From contig NC_086097.1 of NCBI RefSeq assembly GCF_963921235.1, positions 236,098,001 to 236,162,000 of the forward strand: DNA of 64,000 nt, written 5' to 3'. This stretch comes from Mobula hypostoma. Its lineage: Eukaryota. Positions 11,908 to 24,158 of this stretch are shown here, piece after piece. The notes under the pieces are model-generated. The model had not been told where the DNA came from and did no database searches. It worked only from the letters and a program-made list of their open reading frames with translations. The position numbers and the translations under genes were made by a program. Numbering within the stretch: the stretch's first letter is position 1; each line of letters starts with the position of its first letter.

Positions 11908-12530
11908 CACTCATTGGCCACTATATCAGATACAGCTGAACACCTGCCCATCAATGATGCAAATATCTAATCAGTTAATTACGTGGCAGCAACCCAATAC
12001 ATAAAATTATTCCTACATGATCAATCGGTTCAGTTATTATTCAGACCAAACATCAGGATGGAGAAAAAAATGTGATCTAGATGACTTTGATGATGGAATG
12101 ATTGCTGTTTCGGACGAGATGGCTCGAGTATCTCAGATATGCTGATCTCCTGGGATTTTCACACACAATAGTCTCTAGAGCAGGGGTTCCCAACCTGGGG
12201 TACATAGGCCCCTTGCTGAATGGTACTGCTTCATTGCATAAAAAAGGTTGGAACCCCTGCTCTAGAGTTTAAAGAGAATCATATGAAAAACAAACAAAAA
12301 AAAAATGAGTGCAGTTCTGTGAGTGAAAATGCCTTGTTAACGAGAGAGGTGAAAGGAGAATGGCCAGACCGGTTCAAGCTGACAGGAAAACAGCAGCAAC
12401 TCAAATAACCATGTGTTACAACAGCGGTGTGTAGAAGAGCATTCTGAATGCCAACAGATGGAACTTGAAGTGGACGGGCTACAGCAGCAGAAGACCATGA
12501 ACATACACTCAGTGGCTACTTTGTTGGGTA
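11908..12530 (+). mobile_element. Tc1/mariner non-autonomous derivative
   Basis: Starts TA|cactcattggccact; degenerate N-terminal HTH remnant (CDLDDFDDGMI...SIS...ADLLGFSHTIVSR). Confidence 0.7.
12181..12259. mobile_element. hAT (Charlie-like) MITE, 79 bp
   Basis: TIRs caggggttcccaacct and aggttggaacccctg; exact 8-bp TSD ctctagag (12173-12180, 12260-12267). Confidence 0.9.
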
Positions 12531-12534
12531 ATGA

Positions 12535-13660
12535 AACAAAATGAAATGAAATATCTTTATTATCATTGCATAGTACAATTTGTCATGCACCAATACAGCG
12601 AAAATGAGTTTGCAACTCTCGCACTCAATGCTATAAAACAACAAATAAAATAAATAAACAATAAATAAAATCAAGTAACCAGCCAGTACAAGCGATGTCC
12701 AGCAGTATAAAAGCACAACTCAGATGCATGACTGCCATAAAACCAGTATTAAAAGTAACAATATAACAAATTTATAGATAAGACCATAAGACAAAGGAGC
12801 AGAAGTCGGCCATTCGGCTCATTGAGTCTGCTCCGCCATTTTATCATGAGCTGATCTCACTCCCCCGCCTTCTCACCATAACCTTTGATGCCCTGGCTAC
12901 TCAGATACCTATCAATCTCTGCCTTAAATACACCCAATGACTTGGCCTCCACTGCTGCCCGTGGCAACAAATTCCATAGATTCACCACCCTCTGACTAAA
13001 AAAGCTTGATCGATTGGTTCAGAGCAATTATAGCTCTGGGGGAAAAGGGGAAAAAGCTATTTTTCAGTCTGGAAGTGCGGGCATAGAAAATCTTATAACA
13101 TCTGCCAGATGGAAGTTCAAACAGATGATTTCGTGGGTGTGTATTGTCCTTACAGATGCTTGTAGCTTTCCTTAGGCAGCGAGAGCTGTAGGTGTCCTCC
13201 AGGGCTGGGAGCTGTGTCCCGATGATCTTCTGTGCGCTAGAGACGACCCGCTGAAGTGCTTTCCTATCAGTTGCTGTACAACTGAGATACCACACAGAGA
13301 TGCAGTATGTTAAGATGCTCTCTATGGTGCAGCGGTAAAAGGTCACCAGCATCTGTTCAGGTAGATCAGCTTTCTTCAGCATCCTGAGGAAAAACAAGCG
13401 TTGCTGTGCTCTCTTAACTTTTGCTGTGGTGTTAGTGGACCATGTAAGGTCTTCTGAGATATGTATTCCCAGAAACCTGAAACTGGACACTCTCTCCACT
13501 ATGTCTCTGTTAATGTAGACTGGAGCGTACTTGTCATCCCATGACTTTCCAAAGTTAATAATTAGCTCCTTAGTCTTTGCTATATTAAGAGACAGGTTGT
13601 GCTCTGAGCACCAGCTCACTAAGTTCTGTACCTCCGCTCTGTACGCTGATTCGTCTCGGA
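12535..13660 (-). mobile_element. Rex1/Babar-like LINE 3' fragment
   Basis: 207-aa open segment WCSEHNLSLNIAKTKELIINF...FRFLGIHISEDLTWS...LPSGRCY...RLKNSFFP; (aaatg)n tail near 12540. Confidence 0.85.
12778..12995 (-). mobile_element. CR1 LINE 3' end nested in the Rex1-like element
   Basis: (ataagacc)n tail, ggccattcggctcattgagtctgctccgccatt. Confidence 0.8.
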
Positions 13661-14829
13661 GGCATCTAATATAGTGGCCATTGAATGTATACTATTTCAG
13701 TTGAGCATGTTCTCAGAAATAAGAAATGTCCCATGATTCACCAAGGTAGGCATTTACTGTTCTCTGCATGCCTATTCCAGCAATAATTTTCTGCTTGATT
13801 GCCCCAAAATTGCTGACAGCTTAAATAAATTAGCTCAGATGAAATTTTTATGACTATTGCCACTAATCCAGTACTGTTGGTATGAGAAAGAACCTTAAAC
13901 TGTTCATTTTAACTGTAAGTGAGTAAGTTGCAAGTTTCTGTTTTGGAAAGTTATGCCTATCAGTAGCAAGCTATGGTCATGAATATCCAGGTTGTATCAC
14001 AAGCAATTCACTGGTAAATTGCTTCGTATTTCAGCGTTAGTCATTTGGGAATCAAATTCTGCATTTGAAAGCATGCCTTTCCTTCACTGTGTGTCTGTCA
14101 AGTGAACAACACACAAAGAGAATGGAAATGTCTGAAATAAGATATATCCAAGAGAACATGGTTATTTTTATATGATTTCTACTCACTAAGAAAAGCTAAG
14201 ACTGTACCGGGAAATGTAATCTTTTTTTTTAATCACTTTGCACCTAACGACACCATTGGCATTGCTAAGTCAAATGTAACATGGGCAAAATCCAATTTCA
14301 TAGATATTACTGTAAAGTATATTTCATCTGTGGAATCAGAACTGTACCTTCCAGCAGTAATAGTGTCGCTTTCATTTTCCACAGCTAACACATCTGAAGG
14401 GATATTAACATTCTAAAGATACCCATGCAGGTCTGATGGCAGCTTTCAATGGTACTTTCATGTTCGCTGGAATGTAGGTTATGTCTTCCAAAACTCAGTT
14501 CGCTGTATCCCATAAGTTCCTGAAAGAGATCAGAGAAAATGGAACAGATTTTATGGTGAAATATCAAAACTTATCCCTGCCCGCCCCCCCACCCCTGTGT
14601 AATTGCTAAAACCTATGCAATATCCCCATACACATGTGAAATTCGAAGCTGCAGTCAGGTAATCATCAGTGACTTTACAAATACACCCATAATAGGGGAC
14701 TTCTTATGTAATTATCTCATTTGATAATCCATAATCAGTTTATTATTGCACCAAAATACAGTGAAAAACATTACTCTGCATCTCATCCACATTTTAAAAC
14801 ATTGAGGTAATACATTCAGGTCACATTAT

Positions 14830-15306
14830 TAGGTTCCTTCTGCTTTAAGTTTCAATGTGTTGCATATTCAGAGATGCTCTTCTACGAATCACTGTTGTAA
14901 TGTATGATTAGTTGAGTTACTGTTTTCCTGTGCCCTTGAACCACTCTGGCCATTCTCCTCTGACCTTTTTCATTGACAAGGAGTTTCGCTCACAGAACTA
15001 CTGCTCACTGGATGTTTCTTGTTTTTTACATCAGTCTCTCTAAACTCTGGAGACTGTTGTGCAAAAGAAACCCCAGGAGACCAGTAGTTTCTGAGATACA
15101 TAATCCACTCCATTCGGCCTATAAACATTCCACGGTCAATCACTTTGATCACATTTCTTCTGATGTTTAGCCTGAACAACAACTGAACTTCTTGACCAAG
15201 ACTGCATGCTTTTATGCATAGAGTTCCTGACTCATGATTGGCTAATTAGTTATTTACATTAATGATCAGATGTACAGGTGTACCTAATAAATTGGCCTCT
15301 GAGTAT
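14830..15306 (-). mobile_element. Tc1/mariner non-autonomous derivative
   Basis: Reverse-complement homolog of 11908-12500, ending gtacctaataaattggcctctgagtata; a third partial copy lies at ~22365-22503. Confidence 0.65.
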
Positions 15307-15623
15307 ATAATTGAAAATCAGTAACAAGATGCAAAATATAGGGGAATTTCACAAATAGTTTACTTTTTTTGAAATGTTTGGGATATTTTAGTACTGCTAA
15401 TGTTCATAAAGGCCATAAGACCATAAGATATAGGAGCTGAATTAGGCCTTTCAAAGTTCAATGTTCAAAATAAGTTTATTTTCAAAGTACATATGTGTCA
15501 CCATATACAACTCTGAGAACCATTTTCTTGCAGGCATACACAGTAAATACAATAACCATAACAGAGTCAATGGAAGATTGCACCCAAATGGGTAAATGAC
15601 AACAAACTGTGCAAATACAATGA

Positions 15624-15670
15624 GAAAGAAAGAAAGAAAGAGAGAAAGAAAGAAAGACAAAAAGAAAGAA
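15624..15670. repeat. (GAAA)n microsatellite
   Basis: gaaagaaagaaagaaagagagaaagaaagaaagacaaaaagaaagaa. Confidence 0.85.
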
Positions 15671-16081
15671 TGAACAATCATGAGCTGAAGAGTTCTTGAA
15701 AGTGAGTCCAAAGGTTGTCGGAACATTTCAATGATGGGGCAGGAAAAGCTGAGCGAAATTATCCTGTTTGGATCAAGAGCCTAATGGTTTGGGATAGTAG
15801 CTGTTCCTACATTTAGTGGTATGTGTTACGAGGCTCCTGTACCTTCTTTCTGATGACAGCAATGAAAACAGAGCATGCACTGAGTGGTGGGGTCCCTGAT
15901 GATGGATGCTGTTTTCCTGCAACAGAATTTCCTGTAGATGTGCTCAGTTGTGGGGAGGGGCTTACCTGTGATGAACTGGGCCATATCCACTACTTTTTTG
16001 TCCGATATTCCATTCAAGGGCATTGGTTGTTACCATACTAGGCTGTGATGGTATATACTTTCTACTAGTGAGAGTCAATAT

Positions 16082-16937
16082 TGTGACGAGAATACACATA
16101 AAATTAAGATGTTTGTTGGCCTAGGTTAGCATCAGTGACATCAGCAAGTGGTCTGCCACCTGCCCTCAGGGGAAGGAGAGATAAGGAACAATGGAGCAGC
16201 GTCTGGAGATGTGTAATGAAGGGACGGGGGAGAGAGAGCTGTCTGGAGCGGCTCCCCCCTTTGAACCCTGACTGTTTGAAGTGATGGACAGGTGATGCCC
16301 CAGCAGGGGGATAAAAAGGGACAGGTTCGCTAAGGCGACACACACGCCACCCGAGGTAACGAGACCCTGGAAGTGGTACGCTTCTCACGAGTCGGTGGGA
16401 AGTATCAGACAACGGCCAGGGTGGAAAGGTACGATCAGCGGGAACCCGGTGTGTGTCCGCCCTTGCCTGGGTGCCGCGTTCACTGCAGAGGATCGACCGC
16501 ATCTGGAGGAGGGGTCACAGTCGGTGACCTCAGGTGACATTACTAAGGACCCGCCCAAAAGCTGCTTGTGAGCCATATCGCCGGTCTGTGAGTGAAGCCG
16601 TTCTGAATGATCAGTTGTTCCTGTTCTCTCTCTTCCCCCACGTTGTCCATCGCCATGGCAACGATTACTGTGAACTGAACTACTAAACTGGACTGAACTT
16701 TGAGTCACTTTGAAGTTTGCTCATTTACCCCTAAGACAACGATAGAGCTTGATTGATGCTGTTATCTTAATTCTGTGCACATGTGTGGTTATCATTGCTG
16801 AACTGTTGCATTTATTATCCTTTCGATTACTGTGTTGCTTATTTCTTTAATAAAACTTTCTTAGTTCTAGTACTCCAGACTCCAACTGAGTGATCTATTT
16901 CTGCTGGTTTGGCAACCCAGTTACGGGGTACGTAACA
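16082..16937 (+). repeat. 5' LTR
   Basis: tgtgacgag...cgtaaca; about 97% identical to 20119-20977 by manual comparison. Confidence 0.95.
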
Positions 16938-16941
16938 TAAG

Positions 16942-16959
16942 TGGGGTTCTCGTCCGGGA
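16942..16959 (+). promoter_or_regulatory. Primer-binding site, tRNA-Pro-like
   Basis: tggggttctcgtccggga, 4 nt after the LTR; resembles the tRNA-Pro PBS TGGGGGCTCGTCCGGGAT. Confidence 0.75.
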
Positions 16960-17036
16960 GTTTGAACGCTAAATTTGGGACGGAGTAAATTGATTGAGTT
17001 AAAATTCCCGAAAGAAAGAAAAGACAAACAGCAGAA

Positions 17037-19259
17037 ATGGAGGCTGAGGAATTTATAAAGACGCCGACCTTGGAGGCATTAGAGGATGCCAGGAAATCGG
17101 AATTGGTAGCTGTGGCCAAACGGTTGAATCTTGCTAAGGTGAAGTCGACAATGAGGAGAGAGGAGATACACAGAGCTATGGTAGAGCACTATGTATCTAA
17201 AGGTGTGTTTCCCCAAGGTGAGCTGGGGGTGGTGTCTATTGAAAAACCTGCTGGAGACGCAGTATAGGTACAGCTTGAAAAACTGAGACTCGAGCACGAG
17301 TTCCGGGTACGGCAGTTAGAACACGAAGAGAAGCAGTTAGAAAGGCGGGAGAAAGAGAAAGAGAGAGAAAGACAGTTAGAGAGAGAGGAGAAAGAGAGGC
17401 AATGGGAGCAAGAAGAGAGAGGGAAACAGAGGGAAAGGGAATTTGAGCTGGAGAAGTTAAAGATAAGGGCCGAGCAGGGGCTCGTGCCGAACCAAGGTGG
17501 AGGGTTCCGGGCGACCCAGGAGGTTAGGCTGGTTCCCCCATTTGACGATACCGACGTGGATCGGTACTTTCTCCACTTCGAAAAAGTGGCTATAAGTCAG
17601 GAATGGCCGAGGGATAAGTGGGTTGTTTTACTTCAGAGTGTACTGAAAGGGAAGGCCCAACAAGCTTACTCAGCTTTGTCCGCGGAAGATGCCTAGAGGT
17701 ATGAGGTGGTGAAGCAGTCCATCCTCAGGATTTATGAGTTGGTCCCGGAGGCATACCGGCAGAGGTTCCGGAATGCGAGGAAACAGTGGGACCGCACGTA
17801 TTTGGAGTTTGCCCGTGAGATGCAGACATATTGTGAGCGTTGGTGCGCCTCGAAGGGGGTAGAGGGGGATTATGACAGACTGCTGCAGCTGATCCTGATT
17901 GAGCAGTTTAAAGGTTGTGTCCCTGAGGGTATGAGACCCTACCTCGATGAGAAAGAGGCAGCCACGTTAGCCACAACTGCTAAGTTAGCGGATGAGTATG
18001 CGTTGACGCATAAAATGAAGTTTGCCCCGAGTAAAGGCTACCAGAAGGGTAGTCAGGACGGCGGGGAGAGTCCGCCGGAAAAGTCAGAAAGTAAGCCGGG
18101 GACTAGTGAAAAGGATAAGGTAGACCGGGAGCAGTCTGGTAGGAAGTCTTCTGGGGTCGTCTGTTATAATTGTGGGAAAGCCGGACACTTTGCGTCCAGG
18201 TGCTTTGCCCCAAGGAAGGAGACGGGGAAAGGAAAAGCGGAAATTTGGAATGGCTGTATCGAGCTGTTAAGCGAACCGCTAGGGAAGGACAGATCTGAAA
18301 AAGTCCAGGAAGGGCACGAGAGGTTTATCTTGGCTGGATTGGTCTCAGTGAAGGAGAGGTTAAAACCAGTTCCAGTGCGGATCTGGAGAGACACGGGAGC
18401 GTGTCAGTCACTAATACTGAAGAGTGTATTAGAGTTTAGCTCAGAGACCCAGACTGGGGAGGTAGAGGTCAAAGGTGTTGGGGAAGGGACAGAGTCAGTC
18501 CCTTTGCACCAGATACACTTACAGAGCAACCTGGTCTCTGGACTAGTCACGATCGGGGTGAGGTCCGAATTACCGATGAAAGACGTGGAAGTCTTGCTCG
18601 GTAATGACATCGCCGGAGGAATCGTGTTCCCAGTCGTGAGATTGACAGGTCAGCCTGCCAACAGTGAGGCCCCGCCCATGGACTCACAGGTTCATCATGG
18701 GGCTGCGGTAGTGAATTTAGCTGTGGTGGTAAATTTAGCTGAAACGTTTCTGCCAACCTTGTACGAGAAGGGGGTAGAAAATGGAAAGAAAGAGGGTAGT
18801 GAGACAAGAGGCAGTGAGGGAGCTGGGACGGACGTAGCAGTAGCCAGGAAAGAATTTGTGCAGACGCAGGAGCGAGACGAGGGGCTGATGGATTTGGCAG
18901 AGACCGCTCTCTCTGACACAGCCTTGACAAGGGAACTAGTAGGCTATTGTGCTGAGGAGGAAGTGCTAAGGAGAAAAGGGAAATCAAGTACAGTACCCGC
19001 AGATGAGGAATGGGGGGTGGTGCAAAAGAGTTATAGGGATGAGGTTTTTAACATGGCCCACGAGGTACCCCCCGGTGGACATTTTGCGGTGCTGGAGGAA
19101 ACAGTTGGTGGAATCATGAAAGAGATTTACCGACTGCCCAGGGGGAGAAATGTTATTGATCATGACCGACGCGAACTGAGACGGTCACCGGCTTTTGATA
19201 TGCTAACAAACCTAGTCGGTGTTAGCGTGGAAATCAATGAAGCTAGGGGCCCCCAATAA
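17037..19259 (+). pseudogene. gag: gag-protease frame (coiled coil, SCAN-like capsid, CCHC knuckle, aspartic protease, integrase scrap) with two in-frame TAG stops
   Basis: ORFs 17037, 17484 and 17706 share one frame; TAG at 17265 and 17694; motifs YELVPEAYRQRFR, LILIEQFKGCVP, CYNCGKAGHFASRC, RDTGA, AHEVPPGGH. Confidence 0.88.
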
Positions 19260-19288
19260 GAGGAAAAAACCATTTTCAAAAGATTAGG

Positions 19289-19813
19289 ATGGGATCGGTC
19301 AGATGGGAGAAGGCTATTGTTTTGGCCAGGTCTACTGATAAGGTCTCTCCCTTAATCCCAGAACAAAGCGAATCTTTAGAAGAAGTAATTAAACGACTCG
19401 CACCCGTGTGTTTGATTGTCCCGAGGCAATGCAAAGAGCTGGGACGTTGGGTAATGTCTGTTACAATAGGTCAGCCGAGCAAACAACATTCATATATAAT
19501 GAGTAATTCAGTGACTAAAGGGCTGATGAACACAGAGGTGTGTATTGGCAATTTAATACGGCTGTCTGAAGCCAGCTTGATAGTGAACCTTGAAAAAAAT
19601 GAATTCGGCCACACGAGGGTCACTTACCTGGGAATTGTGGTGACACAGGGGCAGCTGGCAGCGATGCAAGCTACAGTGCAGGCTATCGCTGACCTCCCAA
19701 CCCCGACAGACAAGAGGGCCCTCAGAAGGCTCTTGGAGATGGTGGGGTACTGCAGGAAGTTTTGCAATAACTCTGCGGTCAATACCCGTCCCCCTCCTAC
19801 TAAGCCCTTGTGA
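19289..19813 (+). pseudogene. pol: Reverse transcriptase C-terminal remnant
   Basis: RLSEASLIVNLEKNEFGHTRVTYLG...LRRLLEMVGYCRKFC; no YxDD box. Confidence 0.8.
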
Positions 19814-20106
19814 GAGAAAACTGAGTCGGAATGGGACGACCCTTGTTATTGTGGTCTGGGACAAAACCAAATTGGTCGCAATTCATCAGTGTTTTTGGCC
19901 ACTATGAAGTTTGCTGAGTTGGAGCCTGGTCTAAGGGATTATTAATAACACGTGTAAAAGGAACAGAAAATGTGATGACTGTCTGTCAAGGTGTTGACAG
20001 CTTCAAACTCGCTGTGTTAGCCAAATGGCTGTTAAAGATGTATATTTGTGTATGTATCAAATAATGTATTCATGTTTGTAATTTTTACCTCCCGGTAAAA
20101 ATCCTT

Positions 20107-20118
20107 AAAGGGGGGAAG
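20107..20118 (+). promoter_or_regulatory. Polypurine tract
   Basis: aaaggggggaag immediately before the 3' LTR. Confidence 0.9.
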
Positions 20119-20977
20119 TGTGACGAGAATACACATAAAATTAAGATGTTTGCTGGCCTGGGTTAGCATCAGTGACATCAGCAAGTGGTCTGCCACCTGC
20201 CCTCAGGGGAAGGAGAGATAAGGAACAATGGAGCAGCGTCTGGAGATGTGTAATGAAGGGACGGGGGAGAGAGAGCTGTCTGGAGCGGCTCCCCCCTTTG
20301 AACCTTGAACTGTTTGAAGTGATGGACAGGCGATACCCCAGCAGGGGGATAAAAAGGGACCGGTTCGCTAAGGCGACACACACGCCACCCGAGGTAACGA
20401 GACCCTGGAAGTGGTACGCTTCTCACGAGTCGGTGGGAAGTACCAGACAACGACCAGGGTGGAAAGGTACGATCAGCGGAAACCCGGTGTGTGTCTGCCC
20501 TTGCCTGGGTGCCGGGTTCACTGCAGAGGATCGACCGCATCTGGAGGAGGGGTCACAGTCGGTGACCTCAGGTGACATCACCAAGGACCCGCCCAAAAGC
20601 TGCTTGTGAGCCATCTCGCCGGTCTGTGAGTGAAGCCGTTCTGAATGATCAGTTGTTCCTGTTCCCTCTCTCTCTCCCCCCACGTTGTCCATCGCCATGG
20701 CAACGATTACTACAAACTGAACTACTAAACTGGACTGAACTTTGAGTCACTTTGAAATTTGGTCATTTACCCCTAGACAACGATAGAGCTTGGTTGATGC
20801 TGTTATCTTAATTCTGTGCACATGTGTGGTTATCATTGCTGAACTGTTGCATTTATTATCCTTTCGATTACTGTGTTGCTTATTTCTTTAATAAAACTTT
20901 CTTAGTTCTAGTACTCCAGACTCCAACTGAGTGATCCATTTCTGCTGGTTTGGCAACCAGTTACGGGGTACGTAACA
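20119..20977 (+). repeat. 3' LTR
   Basis: Direct repeat of 16082-16937. Confidence 0.95.
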
Positions 20978-21949
20978 ATATACTCTCCACTACACATATA
21001 TAGAATTTTTCAAAGTTTCAGATGTCATGCTGAATGTATGTAAACTCTTAAGGAAGTAGGGGCACTGTTGTGCTTCTTTCGTAATTATACTTATGTGCCA
21101 GGCCCAGGACAAGCTCCACCAAAATAATAACAATGAGCAATGTAATGTCGCTGACCCTGTCTATCTCTGATCCTCTGATGAGCATTGGCTGATAGACATC
21201 TGGTTTCTTCCTCCAGAAGTCGATAATCAACTCCTTGGTCTGCTGAAAGTATGTAAGAGGTTGTTGTTATGGCATCTCTTAGCCCGATTTTCAATCTCCC
21301 GCCCATATACCGATTCATCACCACCTTTGATTTGGCCTATGACAGTGATGTCATCAGCAAAAGTGGCATTGGAGCTATGCTTAGCCTCACAACCATAAGT
21401 ATAAACTGAGTAGAGCAGTGGGACTAAGCACACAGCCTTGTGGTGCAGCAGTGCTAGTGGAAATCATGGAGTAGGTGTTGCTGCCAATCTGAACTGACTG
21501 GGGTCTGCAAGTGAGGTAATCAAAAATCAAATTGCACAAGGAGGTATTGAGTCCAAGGACTTGAAGCCTACGATTCATTTTGAGGGAATGATAACATTGA
21601 ATGTTGAGTTGTGGTTCTTTGTTGTCCAGGTGTTCCAGGGTTGAGTGAAGAACCAATGAGATGTTATCTGCTGTTGACCTGATGTGACAGTAGGCAAAAT
21701 GGAATGGATCCAAGTTGCTTCTCAGGCAGGAGTTGATATGATTCATCACCGACCTCTCAAAACACTTCATCATTGTGGATGCAAGTGCTACTGTGTGATA
21801 GTCATTGAGGCTGGTTACCAAGTTCTTCTTAGCAACCGGTATAATTGAAGCTGTTTATAATAACCAACAGAAGGCAAATAAAAAGCCATAAGAAGAGAAA
21901 AGATGAAACATAAAGGTAAGTCAGCCAATAATACAAAAGAGGAGCTTCA

Positions 21950-22360
21950 AGAGCATAACGGTTGAGAGGTAATAACTATTCCTGTACATGGTGGTGAGTC
22001 CTAAGGCTCCTATACCTTCTTCCTGATAGCAACAGAGAGATGAGAACATGTCCTGTGTGGTGGGGGTCCCTGATGATGGATGCTGCTTTTAAGTTTTTGA
22101 TGTCATGCTGAAACTTCACAAACTCCTAAGGAAGTAGACGTGTTGCCGTGCTTTCTACGTAACTGTACTTACGTGCTGGGTCCAGGGCAGGTCCTCTGAA
22201 ATAATGACATCGAGGATTTTAAAGCACCCTCTGCACCTCCAATCCTCTGATGAGGGCTGGCTCATGTACTCCTGGTTTCCTCCTCCTGAAGTCAATAATC
22301 AGCTCCTTAAGTCCTGCTGACATTGAGTGAGAGGTTGTTGGTATGATACCACTCAGCTAG
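21950..22360 (-). mobile_element. Rex1/Babar-like LINE fragment with internal deletion
   Basis: Homologous to 15790-15910 and 21010-21290. Confidence 0.6.
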
Positions 22361-23325
22361 TTGTTTGGTTTGAACAACGACTAAATTTCTTGACCATGTC
22401 TGAAATTTTTTATACCTTGAGTTGCTGCCACATGATCAGCTGATTAGATATTTATATTAAAGAGCAGGAGTACAGGTATACCTAATAAAGTGGCCACTGA
22501 GTGGACATTGAAATCTACAATGAAATGCATTGTTGGTATAAAATCAAATCAACAAGGATTGTACTGGACAGCCTACAGGTGTTGTGACGCTTTTACCACC
22601 AACATAGCATGCTCACAACCCAGTAACTCTAACCCTAACCTTACATCTTTGGAATTTGAGAGGTAACCAGAGTACCCAGAGGAAACTTACATGGACATGG
22701 GAAGATTCTACAAACTTCTTACATACAGTGGCAGAACTTGAAGCCCTCTCTTACAGCTAGCACACTGTAATGCATTACACTTACCACTTGGCAGTTGATA
22801 TTTTAGGCCAATATCCTTTGATTTGAAGCAGTGGATGATATAACATCAACATACAAGGCTATTGGCCTTCCATCTGTTCTTTAGAAATATTGACTAGGAG
22901 GCTAATTTGGTCATCATAGGGACTAAATTCTTTGTTCTTTTTCAGAATATTTCCTGCTGTGAATCTTGATGTGGTATCAAGTCAATGTTTCTTCATATGA
23001 ATTGCACTTTTGGCAATGCATCATCTTAGCCTTTACCCACATAATTTTCATCTCAAGATTGGTGTGTGGCTAATTGAGGGTGAGGGATTACAATACTCCA
23101 TGGGATTACAAATAAATTAGTGGCCTGGGGATCTTGATGGTTCACATCACAGAACAGAGGTGATTTGAGTATGATGTTTCATTCCAGTGGCACTTCTGGA
23201 CACTCAGTGGAATCGGGTCTATTATCAATGAAATATGTCATGAAATTATGAACACAAGAGATTGTGTAGCTGCTGTAAATATTGAGCACACACAAAATGC
23301 TGAAGTCAGGTAGCATCCATGGAGG

Positions 23326-24158
23326 CGAGACATTGATAGGGTGCAGAAGTGGGCTGACAAGTGGCAGATGGAGTTCAACCTGCAGAAGTGTGAGGTGGTA
23401 CACTTTGGAAGGACAAACTCCAAGGCAGAGTACAAAGTAAATGGCAGGATACTTGGTAGTGTGGAGGAGCAGAGGGATCTGGGGGTACATGTCCACAGAT
23501 CCCTGAAAGTTGCCTCACAGGTAGCTAGGGTAGTTATGAAAGCTTATGGGGTGTTAGCTTTCATAAGTCGAGGGATAGAGTTTAAGAGTCGCGATGTAAT
23601 GATGCAGCTCTATAAAACTCTGGTTAGGCCACACTTGGAGTACTGTGTCCAGTTCTGGTCGTCTCACTATAGGAAGGATGTGGAAGCATTGGAAAGGGTA
23701 CAGAGGAGATTTACCAGGATGCTGCCTGGTTTAGAGAGTATGGATTATGATCAGAGATTAAGGGAGCTAGGGCTTTACTCTTTGGAGAGAAGTAGGATGC
23801 GAGGAGACATGATAGAGGTGTACAAGATATTAAGAGGAATAGATAGAGTGGATAGCCAGCGCCTCTTCCCCAGGGCACCACTGCTCAATACAAGAGGACA
23901 CGGCTTTAAGGTAAGGGGTGGGAAGTTCCAGGGGGATATTAGAGGAAGGTTTTTTTACTCAGAGAGTGGTTGGTGCGTGGAATGCACTGCCTGAATCAAT
24001 GGTGGAGTGAGATACACTAGTGAGGTTTAAGAGACTACTAGACAGGTATATGGAGGAATTTAAGGTGGGGGGGAGTTACATGGGAGGCAGGGTTTGAGGG
24101 TCGGCACAACATTGTGGGCCGAAGGGCCTGTACTGTGCTGTACTATTCTATGTTCTAT
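23326..24158 (+). mobile_element. CR1 LINE 3' part (young subfamily)
   Basis: 217-aa WADKWQMEFN...LVRPHLEYCVQFWS...TRGHGFKV; (ttctatg)n tail. Confidence 0.92.

Larger units (their letters stand above)
16082..20977 (+). mobile_element. Gmr1-like Gypsy LTR retrotransposon, internally deleted (non-autonomous)
   Basis: Two ~857-bp TG..CA LTRs, 4-bp TSD ATAT, PBS, PPT, SCAN-type gag, CCHC, protease, then IN and RT scraps in that order. Confidence 0.92.
15450..21850 (-). mobile_element. Rex1/Babar-like LINE split by the LTR element (15450-16081 and 20978-21850)
   Basis: RT motifs LNDYHTVALASTMMKCFER, APQGCVLSP, ADDITVIG on the right; 3' part on the left; sequence is continuous across the ATAT TSD. 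Confidence 0.8.

Noticed and set aside
17265..17696. Programmed read-through at the two TAG codons in gag
   Set aside because: Both lie inside gag rather than at a gag-pol boundary; simple CAG-to-TAG mutation is more parsimonious
19814..20106. env gene in either LTR element
   Set aside because: No room and no ORF with signal peptide or transmembrane features between pol and the PPT
20172..20609. ORFs of 100-145 aa within the Gmr1-like LTRs
   Set aside because: Frames differ between the two LTR copies because of indels; no recognisable domain
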